A stretch of 64,000 nt of DNA from Diplonema japonicum (GCA_964019335.1 OZ025657.1:310001-374000), one strand, 5' to 3'; shown: positions 25,859 to 37,686, counted from the stretch's first letter. Program-made: numbers and translations. Notes: generated by a model from the letters alone, not told the origin.

Positions 25859-27391
25859 TCAATACCCAACGTCGTTCAGTTGGAGGTCACGGACAACGTG
25901 CAACGACTTGAGGTCGGGGCAGGTCTCTAGGATGGATTTCAAGTGGATCTTGTCGACAGTGTGGGATAGGGCTGCATGGGTGCCGTGGTCGGTGAGGAGG
26001 TTCAGAGTCATAAGCGATTTCAATACAGAGAAACAGTCATGGCTAAGCTGCAGAGGTGACGGGGAAGGATCGGGCACAGGGATCTGCATCGGGGCATCGT
26101 CCTCGTCACTGTCGACATCCATTGTGAGATACGACTGGTACCCATCTTGACACCCAGCAAGCAACGAGTTCTCGTTGATCTTCACTTGCGGGGCAAGGAT
26201 TTGGTACCGCTGCGTGACAAGCTCCTTTCTGACAGGGTTGCCCAGCTTGGATTCTTCGATTTTGCATGATTCGTACGCGAAAATAACGAGGCAAAGACAT
26301 TCGTACTCCGTGACCTTCGCCGCGGCACCAGCTCCAAAGGTGTCTTTTGTGCTGTGCTGTACGTCAACAGCAGTGACAACATGCAAAGAGTCCGAAACGA
26401 ATTTCTTGATGTCAGGGCTCGAACCCAGCAACAGCTGCTTCTCAGAAAAGATAAGCTTCAGAATATCCAGCGCCGCACGGCAATCCCCGTCAGCGTATTT
26501 TTGAACCTTCATCATGGCAATTTGCAGGGCGTTGGGTTCAATGACATCCAGACCACGGATGGCAACACCGGAATTCTCGGTTGTGGTGTGTCGTGATGCT
26601 ATTTTAACATCTTCGATACGCGCCTTAGTGATGGATACTAGCTCTGATGTGGTGTAGTAATTGAAGACGATTCGTTGGAATTTTTCTGTCCGGCTGCCGA
26701 GGCGCATTGTGTGCTTCTCGGTGAATTTGAAACTTTCGAAGATGTTTTGCCTGTTTGCAATGCCGATAAACGCGAAGACATCTGTCCTCCCCAACAGGTC
26801 GAAGAGATCAAAGAGTACGGTTGTCCCGCTTGCACCGATCGCAGCGTCCATTTCGTCCAATACCACGATGAGATTCCTCGCAAAAGGCGGCGGTTTTTTC
26901 GTGGTGTTTGCTTGCTCGTACTCTTGCTGCTGTTCGATGTACTTCCTGATATATGTCAACGCCTTCGCGGGAGGCGCGCGAGCTGAATCGTCGTCAGGGT
27001 TTCGCACACACTCTCTCACCGACTTCCATATCTTGCTGAAACATTCCAACGGTGAAGCGATCTCCAATCCATTAATATAACATGTTTCAAAATCATATAA
27101 TCCCCCGTATTCTTGTATTTTCTTATTCACGATGGTTGTCTTGCCCGTGCCAGGGATGCCCGAAATGTACAGCATGTACGCTGTGGGATTGCCTGAAGCG
27201 GCTCTTTTAACGAATTCGTCCACCACGGCGATCTCTTTGGCCCTCCCGACCACCGGGGGGTTTTTAAAACCCGGGTCCAACCTGTCGCACAGTGCGCTGT
27301 ACGTCTTCTCCAAGCCCAGCTCAGCGTACCGCAGCAAGTTCACATCCTGCACCGCTTCCTGGAGGGTCAGGGTTTTTCTGTTCTTCTTCAT
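25859..27391 (-). CDS. CDC6: ORC1/CDC6-family AAA+ ATPase
   Basis: VVGRAKE, Walker A YISGIPGTGKT, YING, Walker B IVVLDEMD, IGIAN, and GDCRAALD sensor-2 region. Start taken at MKKNRK (27391). ORC1 versus CDC6 cannot be resolved by eye. Confidence 0.85.
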   Translation of the reverse strand: MKKNRKTLTLQEAVQDVNLLRYAELGLEKTYSALCDRLDPGFKNPPVVGRAKEIAVVDEFVKRAASGNPTAYMLYISGIPGTGKTTIVNKKIQEYGGLYDFETCYINGLEIASPLECFSKIWKSVRECVRNPDDDSARAPPAKALTYIRKYIEQQQEYEQANTTKKPPPFARNLIVVLDEMDAAIGASGTTVLFDLFDLLGRTDVFAFIGIANRQNIFESFKFTEKHTMRLGSRTEKFQRIVFNYYTTSELVSITKARIEDVKIASRHTTTENSGVAIRGLDVIEPNALQIAMMKVQKYADGDCRAALDILKLIFSEKQLLLGSSPDIKKFVSDSLHVVTAVDVQHSTKDTFGAGAAAKVTEYECLCLVIFAYESCKIEESKLGNPVRKELVTQRYQILAPQVKINENSLLAGCQDGYQSYLTMDVDSDEDDAPMQIPVPDPSPSPLQLSHDCFSVLKSLMTLNLLTDHGTHAALSHTVDKIHLKSILETCPDLKSLHVVRDLQLNDVGY

Positions 27392-28194
27392 ATTTTTTTT
27401 TTTATTCTCGCCTTTTTTTTTTTTTTTTTTTTTCCTCCCCCCCCGGTTTTCAAATAAAAATATTATATAAAGGCGTGTTATTATGGGGATACAGAAAAAA
27501 GAGGGGAGAGCAAAGAAATCAGATTTTTTTTTTTTATACAGCGCGCTTTCTTTGATGAAGAAAAAAGAAAGAGAAAAATAGCCAGTCATGGGGGGATATT
27601 GCTTTGTTCCAGTACGTACTTCATATTGCCCTGGGGCATGTGTAGGAAAATATTATAAACAGGTGATCGGCTTGTGTGTGGAGAGGGGGAAAAAAAGAGG
27701 GGGACTCCGCGTATGGAAATGCACAGACTTCACCCCTCCTTTTGTTTTTTTTCTTTCTTCCATTGTTTCGTGAAGAAGTTCACAAAAACTAACAGATGAA
27801 TGGACCAGCACTACTCCCCACGAGACGCAGCTTCTTCTGCATCCCACGCCCTGTCCTTACTGCGTGCGGTCCGCAGGGTAATAAAGTTCGCAACCAAGCT
27901 TCTGTGCTGTGCATGTTGCTGCCAATACAATAAAAAGAAATATTTATTCACATAGAACACACGTATCCACGAGAACCATGCAAAAGAAAAAGAAAAAGAA
28001 AAAAGAGAAAAAATCATTCTTTTATGGTGCCGGTGTTACAACACTATCCTATGATGTAACAAAAAAAAAGGGGGGGGAGATGTATTAAAGTGCTTTTTTC
28101 TTCTTATTCTTATTCTTTTTTTATACGTTTACCCCCCTTTTTTTATCAAAATCTTCTTCGGGGGGGGGGGGGGTAAAATCTGAACATACAATCA

Positions 28195-31194
28195 TCACAT
28201 CGTATTGACCACTTTTATGACACCGTAGTGCGGGTCGGCGCAGTCGGGCTGCAAAGCAGAGTACAAAACAGGGATTTCTTGAGTCCAAATATGACCATAT
28301 TTTGTGGGGTTGATATCAGTTAGGTGTACGTGGGTAGGTGTAATGTGGTGGATGATAGCAAGCCCCACGTTCCCGTCAACACCAGGATGTGCCTCGAAGG
28401 GCCGGTAAGCTACGCAAATAAGCTCCTTGCTGTTTGCAGCCACACAGGGCTGCACAAAACCCGCAAAACTATCCAGCGCGGGAAGCCGCTCGGTTGCGAT
28501 CTTCACATGATCCAGCTGCTTCTCCACCAGGTACTTGCAAGCTATCTCCGCACATTGAACCAGCGTCATAGTGTTTTTAATACGGCAAAGATCAATCTCA
28601 TTCTTCATATTGTACAAAATATTTTCCGTGGATGTCGGGTACCCCAAGGCAGACAACGCAGCCGCCATGCACTTCAAATGCGGGACAGGAGGTTCCTTGA
28701 AAGGATGGTGTGTTTTCACCCTCGCTTTGTAAATCGGATTCCCCACAAAATCCGCCTTTTTTCTCTTAAACAACCTTATCAACGACCGAGGCCTCCGCGA
28801 CTCAGGGTCAATATTCAACACCGCCTTGAGAAGCGCGCCGACCCTAACCTTCCATGTTCTGTAAAAATGCTTCGGGTTCGCGTCCATAATAGACACAAGC
28901 TTTCTATCAGAATCGTAGCCTGTTAATATACCAGAGTAACCTCCTGGGAACTCAGAGGATGGGCTTATCATAGAGCCGTTGAAATGTAGAATGGTGACTG
29001 ACTCTGATGTACGGTCTTGCTGCCATATAGTTTCGAGGAAATCTTCCCAGTGTGAGACGATCCCTGCGTGTTCATTCAAATCGAGAAGATGTGTTTGCAC
29101 TGTGACCTGATTGTCGAGGATGTTGTCAATGTAACGCTCCAAAACCCTTTGAGAGTCATTCACCGTGAGCTTGTCTGACAGTAAGAATGAAATATCGTAG
29201 TCGGAGTTCGTTGCAATCTCAGCGGGTAAGGTGTCGAAGCCCAGTCTAGTCAACGCGACAGACATAAGCGTTACGGAAAACACCCTCGGAGGGAACAAAA
29301 ACGACGGTAGGAATTCTTGCGGGTGCTTGACTACGAAGGTTGTGGTGTCGACTGGTGTCGATGTTGATCTTGCCGACGATGGCCGGCTCGATGGTTGTTC
29401 TTTCGAACCCGATTTGCGGAATACCAGATACCCTTTGGTCACCATTGCCGAGTACAGCTTAAATAACGACACCGACCATGTCGCCGAGAATTTCCTTGGA
29501 GAGACATCTGCGATTAAAACGGTCGACGACTCAGAATCGTACCCCACCACAATTCCGTAATGTGTGTCGGACGGCATCTCGCGTTCCATGTGCAGACGGT
29601 CGTGTGCAACGTTGACATTGAAGGAAACCATGATAACGGTTCTCGGTCGGGACGGGTCCTTGTTTTTGTTCAACTCAGTGGCGAACTCTTCCTCGACCTC
29701 CATCATCGATATGGACGGAGCTGCCTCAGTGTCCCATGCGTCCTTAAGAGCCATGCTGCGGCATATTATACGGGTGTCGTCATTATTTGATTCGTCAGAC
29801 AGTTCTAAGAACCTGCTTGCATAATCATGCACATCCAGAAGAGGCATATCACTATCACACACCATTGACAACGGCAACCGAAGCGCTCTTACAAGCCCTG
29901 CAACATCGACTCCTGTTTGTCCCAGACCCTTTTCGTTTTGTCCGTGTAAAACGTGCAGAGCGAATGCGACTGCTACCAGATGCGTTGAAATATGCTGGTG
30001 AACGTTCATCAAACGTGTGCCGGCTTGGCCTGTTCCTGCTAATAGCCTTGCGTGGTATATCATGTGTGGTGGTGGGGGTTCGCTTTGTGAATCGGCGGTT
30101 TTGAGTTTCACCTCGAGAAATCCCCTGGCCCTATGTGTGAGCTTGTCGGGTATTGACAGTGATTTGTAGAGATATTGAAGGAGCGCGGTGGTTTTGGTAA
30201 TCCCGGTCTTACTCCCGCTGAAATGCGGTTCACATAGAGTCACCTCATGTTTGACAGGGTTGAATTCTTGGAGAACGCAGAACTTACCGACTGAAACGGG
30301 TGAGGCGGTGACGATGGTTGGAGCGACGACGGGTTCTTCATCCTCATCGTCAGTTTCGCCGCGTGTGACGGTTCTTTCCGCAGTTAAGTCGTCGAAATGC
30401 ATGACACTGCACCTCTGAATGGAGTTCGTCTCCTTTTGTAAATAACCTGCTAGTTGGGGTAATGGTATGCAGGGACCACGTGCGCCTGTGTCGTTCGACT
30501 CCAAGGCAGATGTCAGGGTGACCTCCTCATCGTAGAGCTTCACATCGAAGATCCTCTTGGCGATCATCACGTTGCTGAAACGGTCTCCGTTTAGTTGGAT
30601 GAAGCTTTCTGCTATGTCGGAGAGTTCACTTAATGTCATTGAACGGTTTTTCAAATAGTGTAAAGGGAGTTTTAACGTGAAGAATATGTCTTCTATAGTG
30701 ACTTTTCCACCCGATACAAGAGTGAGCGCCATCGCCAGACAGCCTATGTGTGTGCATGTGACGTTTGGGTTTACTTCCTTCCCGTGGCCCATTGAAGTGA
30801 AGAAGCTCCGACGTTTTAACTTCTCCGCGTTCTTTTCTTGTAGCAACGTGTCGTCTAGTGTTGGGACACCGCCTGCTACGGATACCGTTCTTTTCATCAT
30901 ATTGTTCTGGGATACTGCGGGTTTTAAAACCCCGCTTGGAAGGGGTTTGTTGGGTATGCTGATGGTTTCCTGTGTGTCGGTGTCTGCATCCTGAGGTACC
31001 AGAGAGAGGCTGACTTTTCTGCCTACATTTACGACTTGCTTCCCCTCTTTTTTTTTCCTCAGCCATCTCTCTAAAAATTCAATTGGATCGTCGGCTAGTT
31101 CCTCCGTCATTTCCACCAACATGTTGTTCACAAGCTCCGGTACGCATTTCTCCTTAAGATACTCTGCTTTGGTTTTTCGATTTTCGATATTCAT
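28195..31194 (-). CDS. Protein with an N-terminal RIIa/Dpy-30-like docking helix and four phytochelatin-synthase-like (papain-fold) repeats, 999 aa
   Basis: N-terminal EYLKEKCVPELVNNML...DDPIEFLERWL. Repeats such as HYGIVVGYDSESSTVLIADVSPRKFSATWSVSLFKLYSAM and YSGILTGYDSDRKLVSIMDANPKHFYRTWKV...LLKAV resemble the PCS core. Confidence 0.75.
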   Translation of the reverse strand: MNIENRKTKAEYLKEKCVPELVNNMLVEMTEELADDPIEFLERWLRKKKEGKQVVNVGRKVSLSLVPQDADTDTQETISIPNKPLPSGVLKPAVSQNNMMKRTVSVAGGVPTLDDTLLQEKNAEKLKRRSFFTSMGHGKEVNPNVTCTHIGCLAMALTLVSGGKVTIEDIFFTLKLPLHYLKNRSMTLSELSDIAESFIQLNGDRFSNVMIAKRIFDVKLYDEEVTLTSALESNDTGARGPCIPLPQLAGYLQKETNSIQRCSVMHFDDLTAERTVTRGETDDEDEEPVVAPTIVTASPVSVGKFCVLQEFNPVKHEVTLCEPHFSGSKTGITKTTALLQYLYKSLSIPDKLTHRARGFLEVKLKTADSQSEPPPPHMIYHARLLAGTGQAGTRLMNVHQHISTHLVAVAFALHVLHGQNEKGLGQTGVDVAGLVRALRLPLSMVCDSDMPLLDVHDYASRFLELSDESNNDDTRIICRSMALKDAWDTEAAPSISMMEVEEEFATELNKNKDPSRPRTVIMVSFNVNVAHDRLHMEREMPSDTHYGIVVGYDSESSTVLIADVSPRKFSATWSVSLFKLYSAMVTKGYLVFRKSGSKEQPSSRPSSARSTSTPVDTTTFVVKHPQEFLPSFLFPPRVFSVTLMSVALTRLGFDTLPAEIATNSDYDISFLLSDKLTVNDSQRVLERYIDNILDNQVTVQTHLLDLNEHAGIVSHWEDFLETIWQQDRTSESVTILHFNGSMISPSSEFPGGYSGILTGYDSDRKLVSIMDANPKHFYRTWKVRVGALLKAVLNIDPESRRPRSLIRLFKRKKADFVGNPIYKARVKTHHPFKEPPVPHLKCMAAALSALGYPTSTENILYNMKNEIDLCRIKNTMTLVQCAEIACKYLVEKQLDHVKIATERLPALDSFAGFVQPCVAANSKELICVAYRPFEAHPGVDGNVGLAIIHHITPTHVHLTDINPTKYGHIWTQEIPVLYSALQPDCADPHYGVIKVVNTM

Positions 31195-31958
31195 TCTTTT
31201 TTTGTTTTTGACCTTTATGGGTGGGGGTTTTTTTTTTATACTTTTTTTATTTTTGTAAAAAAAAGTATCAGGTGAGTAGGGATGGGAATAGAGAGGGAGA
31301 GTTTTTTTTCTTTCTTTCAAAATAAGAGAAGAGAGAGAGGAGTATTCTTTCTTTTTTTTTTGTTTCTTTTCTTTTTTAAAACTTTTTCGGGACATCTTCG
31401 TGGTCCATCGATCTTTTTTTAAAAAAAAGAAAGTTTTCTTTTTTTTTTAAAATAGTTTTTCTTGTTCTTCGTTGTGGTTAATTTGCCACGATTAGATAAA
31501 TCTTACGTTAAGTTGCAGTTCCGGGGGGGGGGGAGCAACGTTTACATCCTCTTTTCTTTATAAAAAAAAGAGAAGGAGACACATTTTGGAAATATTATCT
31601 ATGACAAACATCCCTTCTCACACAGGTATTTTTCTCTCTTTTTTCCGTTTTTATTTTTTAATGTCCCCCCTCCATTCTTTGGTCTATTGTGTGGGTCTGT
31701 GATTAGTGTAAATTCTGGAAAGGTTTACACCCCCCCCCCCCCCCCCCATTTTGTTCAATGATTTCTTTCACAAAAGGCTGCAATGGCAGGGGAAGCAAGT
31801 GGTTAGTAAGAAGAAAACAAGACCAAAAAAAAAAAAAAAAAAAAAATGAAACATAAAAAGGAATAAAAAAACGCTCTTTTGGTTTTCTTTTTTTTTTTTT
31901 TTTTTTAGATTTATTATCGTTACGAGTACCACCCTGACACCCCGTTGGCCTCATTTTA

Positions 31959-31992
<34 letters not shown>

Positions 31993-32334
31993 AACAAATC
32001 AGTCCCGGATCTCATTGTAAATGAGTCCCACATATATGACAACTACGATTTGGTGCAACTTTTTCAAAAAGAAAACAGAGGACTTTGCAGAGTTCAAGGA
32101 AAGGCTTGTCGGTGATGCTTTTTGCGGCGCGGTGACCTCCAGATGCCTAGAAGGGATGCGTCAGGTGAAATCGAGGTTAAAATAATGTCAAAATTCCCAC
32201 GCGGCAGGGTAGAAAATGGAGAAAAAAAAAAGGGGGGGGAAAGAAAAAAAAAAGAAGAAGAAGAGTCGGCGTGCTCATTGTTCGTCTATATCGACAATGA
32301 ATTATTAAAGAGTATTGTCTTTCTTTTTCAAAAA

Positions 32335-32440
32335 AAAAAAATAATAATAATCCTTTCACGACTATATGTCTTTGTTGTGCAAAAGTTTTTTTTTTTCCTG
32401 CTCGGCACAAGTTGCATTTAGTTATAAAATCATTTTTTTT
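32335..32440. repeat. Dispersed intergenic repeat, copy 2
   Basis: Matches 2070-2200 in the same orientation. Confidence 0.75.
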
Positions 32441-32997
32441 TTTGAATGGTAAATCTTGCAACAAAAAAAAAAAAAAAGAAAAAAGAAAAAAAAAAAAAAA
32501 ATAGCAGTTTATTACCAACAAATAAATGAGCCATAACTTTAACTTGAGTTTCCTTCGTGCAGAGAAACAGCAACGAGACTTAAATTATGGCTTATTTTGC
32601 AGTAAGGATGTTTTTTTTTTTTTTTTTCTTCTCTTTTTTTTTTTAATTCCCCTTCATCATCCGAGTCACTCGAAGCACAGTACTTGACAAATTGCTATCA
32701 TTCTGCGAGCTCGAAGCTTTTTTTTCTCAAGAGTGCAAAAATGGGCCATATGTGAATGAAGAAGACGAAGGGGCTAAATATATATATAAAAAAAAAAAAA
32801 AAAAAGAAGTAAAAAAGCAAGCGGCAAAAAAAAGAAAAAAAAAGAAGGGGAAAAAAAAAAAGAATGTTTTCAACGTCTCCATTATACATGGAAATGTATA
32901 ATTATTTCCTCCCCTTCTCCCTCAACCCTGTTTCCCCCCCTTGGGACACCAATGCCAGCCAAAAAAAAGGGGAATTGGACCACTTTTTTTTTCTTTC

Positions 32998-33095
32998 TTA
33001 CAATAACTGCCCAACACCGCTGATTTCATGTTGCTTTTCCTTGATGGCTTTGCACTCGTTTTCAAACCGTTGTTCGTCTTCTTTCCAGAGGGATT

Positions 33096-33131
<36 letters not shown>

Positions 33132-34279
33132 CCCCTCAATCTTCATCATCATACCACATGCCGATCCCACACTGCCTGCTGTTTGGTTTTCTTACAACAC
33201 ATTGTGTAGGAGTCATCTGAAACTTTTTCGACTTCGCGTGCGTGGCGAGCCGTAGTTTCGATCGAAATGTTAAACATCGTTTCTAGTGAAACTAAACCTA
33301 CAGACGCTACCGATTCCGCACGGATGACTGCTTGCCGTGCATCTTGCTCAGCTGCGATAAGCAATCGCTTTTGCGAAATCAAAGAAGACGACTTTGTGGC
33401 CGCAACGAGGTATTTGCGTGAAAGGTTTTCCGTGGACTCGACGCCTGTACGGAATCTCCTCTGCAGTTTTAAAAGCTGTTGGGTGCGTTCCACAGCGTCC
33501 TGCTTGCTGGACGACCAGTATATGTTTTCTTTTTTGCATTTCCGTTCTTCCTTTTTACCACCTGCGCACCCCATGATTCCAACCTCGAAATTAGTGCGAA
33601 GAACCTCTCGTGAGCAAAACTCCGCCTTCACAATCTGCTGCATACTCTGAAGAGCGTCATTGAGGAACGCTTCCCGACCGGATGCTTGTACCTGCCTGTG
33701 TTTGAACTTAACCCCTTTGATGGTTTCCATGAAGGGGTTGGAAATACTGTTGATTTCATTTTGACGTGCTCCTTCGACATTTTTACGTTGGACCGCCTCT
33801 GTGTTCGACAGGTAGGGGTGCTTGTGTTTCAAGAGCCCGCTCCAAAGGACGGCTTCCGTGTCGCTATCGAGCAAATCAGATGACCACAGAACCTGGAAGG
33901 ACTCCGGATTGACCACGGACAACGGGTCCCTTTTCCATATTTCAGTTTTCCCAGTTTTTGAAGGGTGTAATGTGTCTTTGAACATTAGCATTTTCGCGTC
34001 TGCTTGTGGGTTTGATGTTACAGGTCTGAAGTTTGTGAGGCTGGTGTGTTCTACGATTTCGTTTGTATCGCACCGCCAAACCTGAGGCTGTTTTCCACCT
34101 GTTTCCGGAGTGTCGCGGTTTTCTTGTTTCAGCACTCGGTCCATCTTCACGTTGGCCGTCTTTGGGCGCGTGCAAGAGGTGTTCTTCGTTATTCCTTTGA
34201 CTTTCTTCTTCCACGTCTTTTGACGCATTTGCTGCGGTTCTTCCGTTAGAATGTCCGCTCCATGGAACCAAAGAGGCAT
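32998..34279 (-). CDS. Hypothetical coiled-coil protein, probably 2 exons
   Basis: ORF from 34279. A putative intron at 33097-33154 (GTATGA...poly-A...AG) adds ESLWKEDEQRFENECKAIKEKQHEISGVGQLL* in frame. Confidence 0.65.
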
Positions 34280-34327
34280 CGGTTAGCCTCCCCTCCTTTT
34301 TTTTTTTTTTTTTTTTTTTTGAATTAA

Positions 34328-35776
34328 AGGGGCGGTCCGAATAATTCCCTCCCAAATAATGTGTTTTTCCCCAAATAATTCTTTTTTTTTTTCGGGGATT
34401 TTTCCGCTCCAAATTTCCCGACCCCCTTTTTTTTTTGGGAACCGGGTGGGGGGGCCTGTGCAGGGTACTAGCCTACCTAACCCATGTATACACTCCTTTT
34501 TTGACCAAAAAGTCGATTTCCGCCTGGTTTTGGGCACTCTTTGGGCACTTATGGGCAATTCTTTTGCATTTTTGAACAGGGACCACGGGGTTTGGCACCT
34601 GGGGGTTATTGTGAGGGACTAATTTTCTTAACGCAAGAAGCTAGATGGTTGATGAACGGTTCAAGATTTCACAGAACTACTTTGTTCGAAGGCGCTTGTG
34701 TGGCCCGGGTGCTTCTGCGTTGCCGGAAGGGCACGTGGATTCATGTGTTGACAACTTATCTTGTATTTGCTTCTTTCATGGCCTGCAATGTCAATATTCC
34801 ATTCCTGAGCAAGATCCCAAAGCTGTGCCGTAGCCCACTGGCAGTATTGTGAGGCTGCTTACGCAAGTAAGAGTGCTGGCCCGGCGAGCTACGAGGGAAA
34901 AAACCCATTTTCTTCTAGAAGATGAGAAATATGTTATAGCGCGATATGATCAGATAGGAACGGCCGCCCTGGGGCATCCTCTGCTCAACCCGGCGGACGT
35001 CGGAGGCCCTTCTTCGGAAGGTGCAGGTCGCTTGATCAGTGCCGTCGAATGCGCGCTATATTTTACATATAACAATCGATTGAAAAGGAAGGCACCGGCG
35101 ATTCAGACCTCCCGCCATTTTGAGGGGTTAGGGGGGGGCTGTGGCATGCCCCAAGCAGCCGAAGCGGACGTTGGTTGATGACTGCAGCAGAGTGCCGAAT
35201 CAACGTGGTACTGTGGTAGGGCAGGCACATGAGAAGGTCATGCAACTGCTCGACACCTGTATGGGGTCTCGCGGTACCTTCCAGGTAGTTCCGAGGAGGC
35301 CATACAGCTAAGCGCACTTAGCGAAGTAAGCACTTTGAAGGGGTCGGACCCTTTAGACAGTGCAGCACAGAACGTTGTTGCGGGTGTTACAATGGACACT
35401 ACACCTGACGAGATCCAGCAGCCTCAAGCCCTTGCAGCTTCTCAAGCCCCGACAGCTTCCCAAGCCTCTCAGACCCCCGCAACCTCCCAGCAACCACCTA
35501 ATGCCAAAACCAGGCGGTTTGTTTGCAACGTTTGTGGGTTCTCCACAGCCTGGGAGAAAAACTGCTAAAATTTCCCTTAGGAAAAAAAAAGGGCATGAAA
35601 GAAATCTTGGCACGATTTGGCGAAGTGCTCTAAGCCCGCTCCCTGCTTTCCATGTGGCAGCCCCCCAGCCCAAATAAGTACAACCCAAATAAGTGTATTC
35701 CAAATAATTCTTTTTTTTTGGAGCCCAAACACCCCTCCTCCACTGCCCAAATAAAGGGATTATTCGGACCCCCCCT
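34328..35776. mobile_element. Non-autonomous Kolobok-like DNA transposon (1449 bp)
   Basis: TTAA TSD at 34324-34327 and 35777-35780. Imperfect ~23-bp TIRs aggggcggtccgaataattccct / agggattattcggaccccccct. Purine (AG) termini with TTAA fit Kolobok rather than piggyBac. cccaaataa is repeated near both ends. Confidence 0.8.
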
Positions 35777-36007
35777 TTAAACATTTTTTTTTCCCCGCGA
35801 AAAAAACAATAATGAAGGTGAAAATAAAGTGGGGAAATCACATGATTCAAGGTATAAAAAACATTTGTTGATAAAAGTGTTCTGTGTGTGTGTGGGGGGG
35901 GGGGAGAAAAAAAAAGTAAAAACAAATGGTGTGGGATATATTTGATAAAAAGGGGGAATTGTGGGATGGTGGGAAAAAAAAAGGGGGGGGGGAAGAACAA
36001 GAAAAAA

Positions 36008-36865
36008 TTAACGCCTCTTGCTCTTGCCTGGACGCTTGGAACCCCCCTTCTTGCCACTCCGCGCCCCAGGTGTAAGGGAGCGTTTTCTTTTGTTGTTGCT
36101 GGTAGGGCCCGAGTCATCTGTTTTTTTTTTTTATTTATTTATTTTTCCCCCCTCCCCCTTTTTTTTTTCTCCCCATCATACGAGTATCTCTGTCGCCACC
36201 GAACGCCACGTCAACGTCCCCATCGTTGGCTGCTGCCATTCCAAATTTTTTCGATTTCTATTTTTTTTTTCCCCCCCTCTCCTCCACATACTTTCTTAAG
36301 ATGTTCGATCTTCGCCAACGCGTCGGCTTTCTGCTGCTCACGCTCTTGAAGCACCTGCGTCTGCACCTGTTTCCCGAATTTTGCTGCGTGCTTCTGCTGT
36401 CTGCGGACTTGCTGATTCTTTATTTTGGACCTCTGGAACTCCATGTTCTGTTTTATTTTTATTTATTTATTTATCATATTCTTTGCAAACCTCTCTAATC
36501 TTGTTCATGTGTACATCGCTCTTAACCATTTCGGCGTAGAAGTCAGTTGGCCTCTTGTTCGGGATTCCGTGCGACTTCAGCAAGTGCATCGCTTGTTCCA
36601 CATTGCTCAGAGCTTGCTTTTCAAAAAGCTCCTCCCGAAGTGCATCGTCATCGATATTCCATTCCCCCTTTTGCAACTCCTTCACCGCCGTAACCTGCAG
36701 TCTCTGCGCCCAGTCGGTGGGGACCTTGGGTACTGTCATTTCAAGTTCTTCATTTTCGTCATCCTCCTCCTCCTCCTCCACCATGTCTACAACCTCCTCC
36801 TCCTCCTCCTCTTCTTCTTCCGGCTCCTCTTTCCTTTTTTCTCCGAAACTTTTGAACACTGGCAT
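36008..36865 (-). CDS. EBP2: rRNA-processing protein EBP2
   Basis: DDDALREELFEKQAL...RPTDFYAEMVKSDVHMNKIR and KFGKQVQ motifs. Introns 36448-36490, 36258-36291 and 36118-36181 give an open frame ending KRPGKSKRR*, the typical Ebp2 C-terminus. Confidence 0.9.
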
Positions 36866-37686
36866 TTTTTTTTCTCCTTTTATAAATACCCAAAAGGAAA
36901 CAAAAAGAAGATGACAAGGGGGTATTAAAAAAAGGGGGGGGGAAGGGGGAGGTATCAAAAGGGGCAAGCTTGCTTTTTTTTTTTTTTTTTTTTTTTCCTT
37001 CTTTTCCCCTCCTTTTTCTTTTTCTGCCCAAATAAAAAAAACCGACAATTTAAGCTTTATTTAATATTAGTTCTTTTTAAAAGGATTTTTGATGCTTCTT
37101 AGCGCAAAAAAAAACTAAAACGGGGGTAACAAAGTGTGCCTACCCCCAACCCAAAATTTGGGATGATTTCTTCTGGTGCCCAAAAATAAAGGGTAAAGCA
37201 AGATTAAAGCTAAATAAACTTTCATGTTTTTATATTCTTCTAAGGCGGTTTTCCGGGTTTAAAATATTTAGGGGGACAAAAAAAAAAAAAGCAGTCTTAG
37301 TTACGAGGAAGATACACTATAAAGGGAATAGGGGGTGAGGTAAACACTATAGCTTAAAAGAAATATTTTCACCAAAAGAGAAAGGGAGGAGTAGGGCCAT
37401 AGAAAAAAAAGGGGGGGGGGCCTTTCGGGTGGATGTAGGTATGGCAACTCATATCCTTCTTCCCTTTACCGAAGTATGTTCATCAGCCATAAGACCTCGT
37501 TTTGCCTTCCCAGTTAAAAGAATAAACTAAAAGGAGAAAGAAAAAAAAAAAAAAGAACACTCACGGTCCACTCTTCACTTAGAAATACCCGCAACACTGT
37601 TTCTTTCCCTCCCCCCTCTTATCTCCACACTTTTTTCATTCTTTCTTTTTTTTTTTTTTTTTTTTTTTCTTTTTCCTCCTTTTTAT

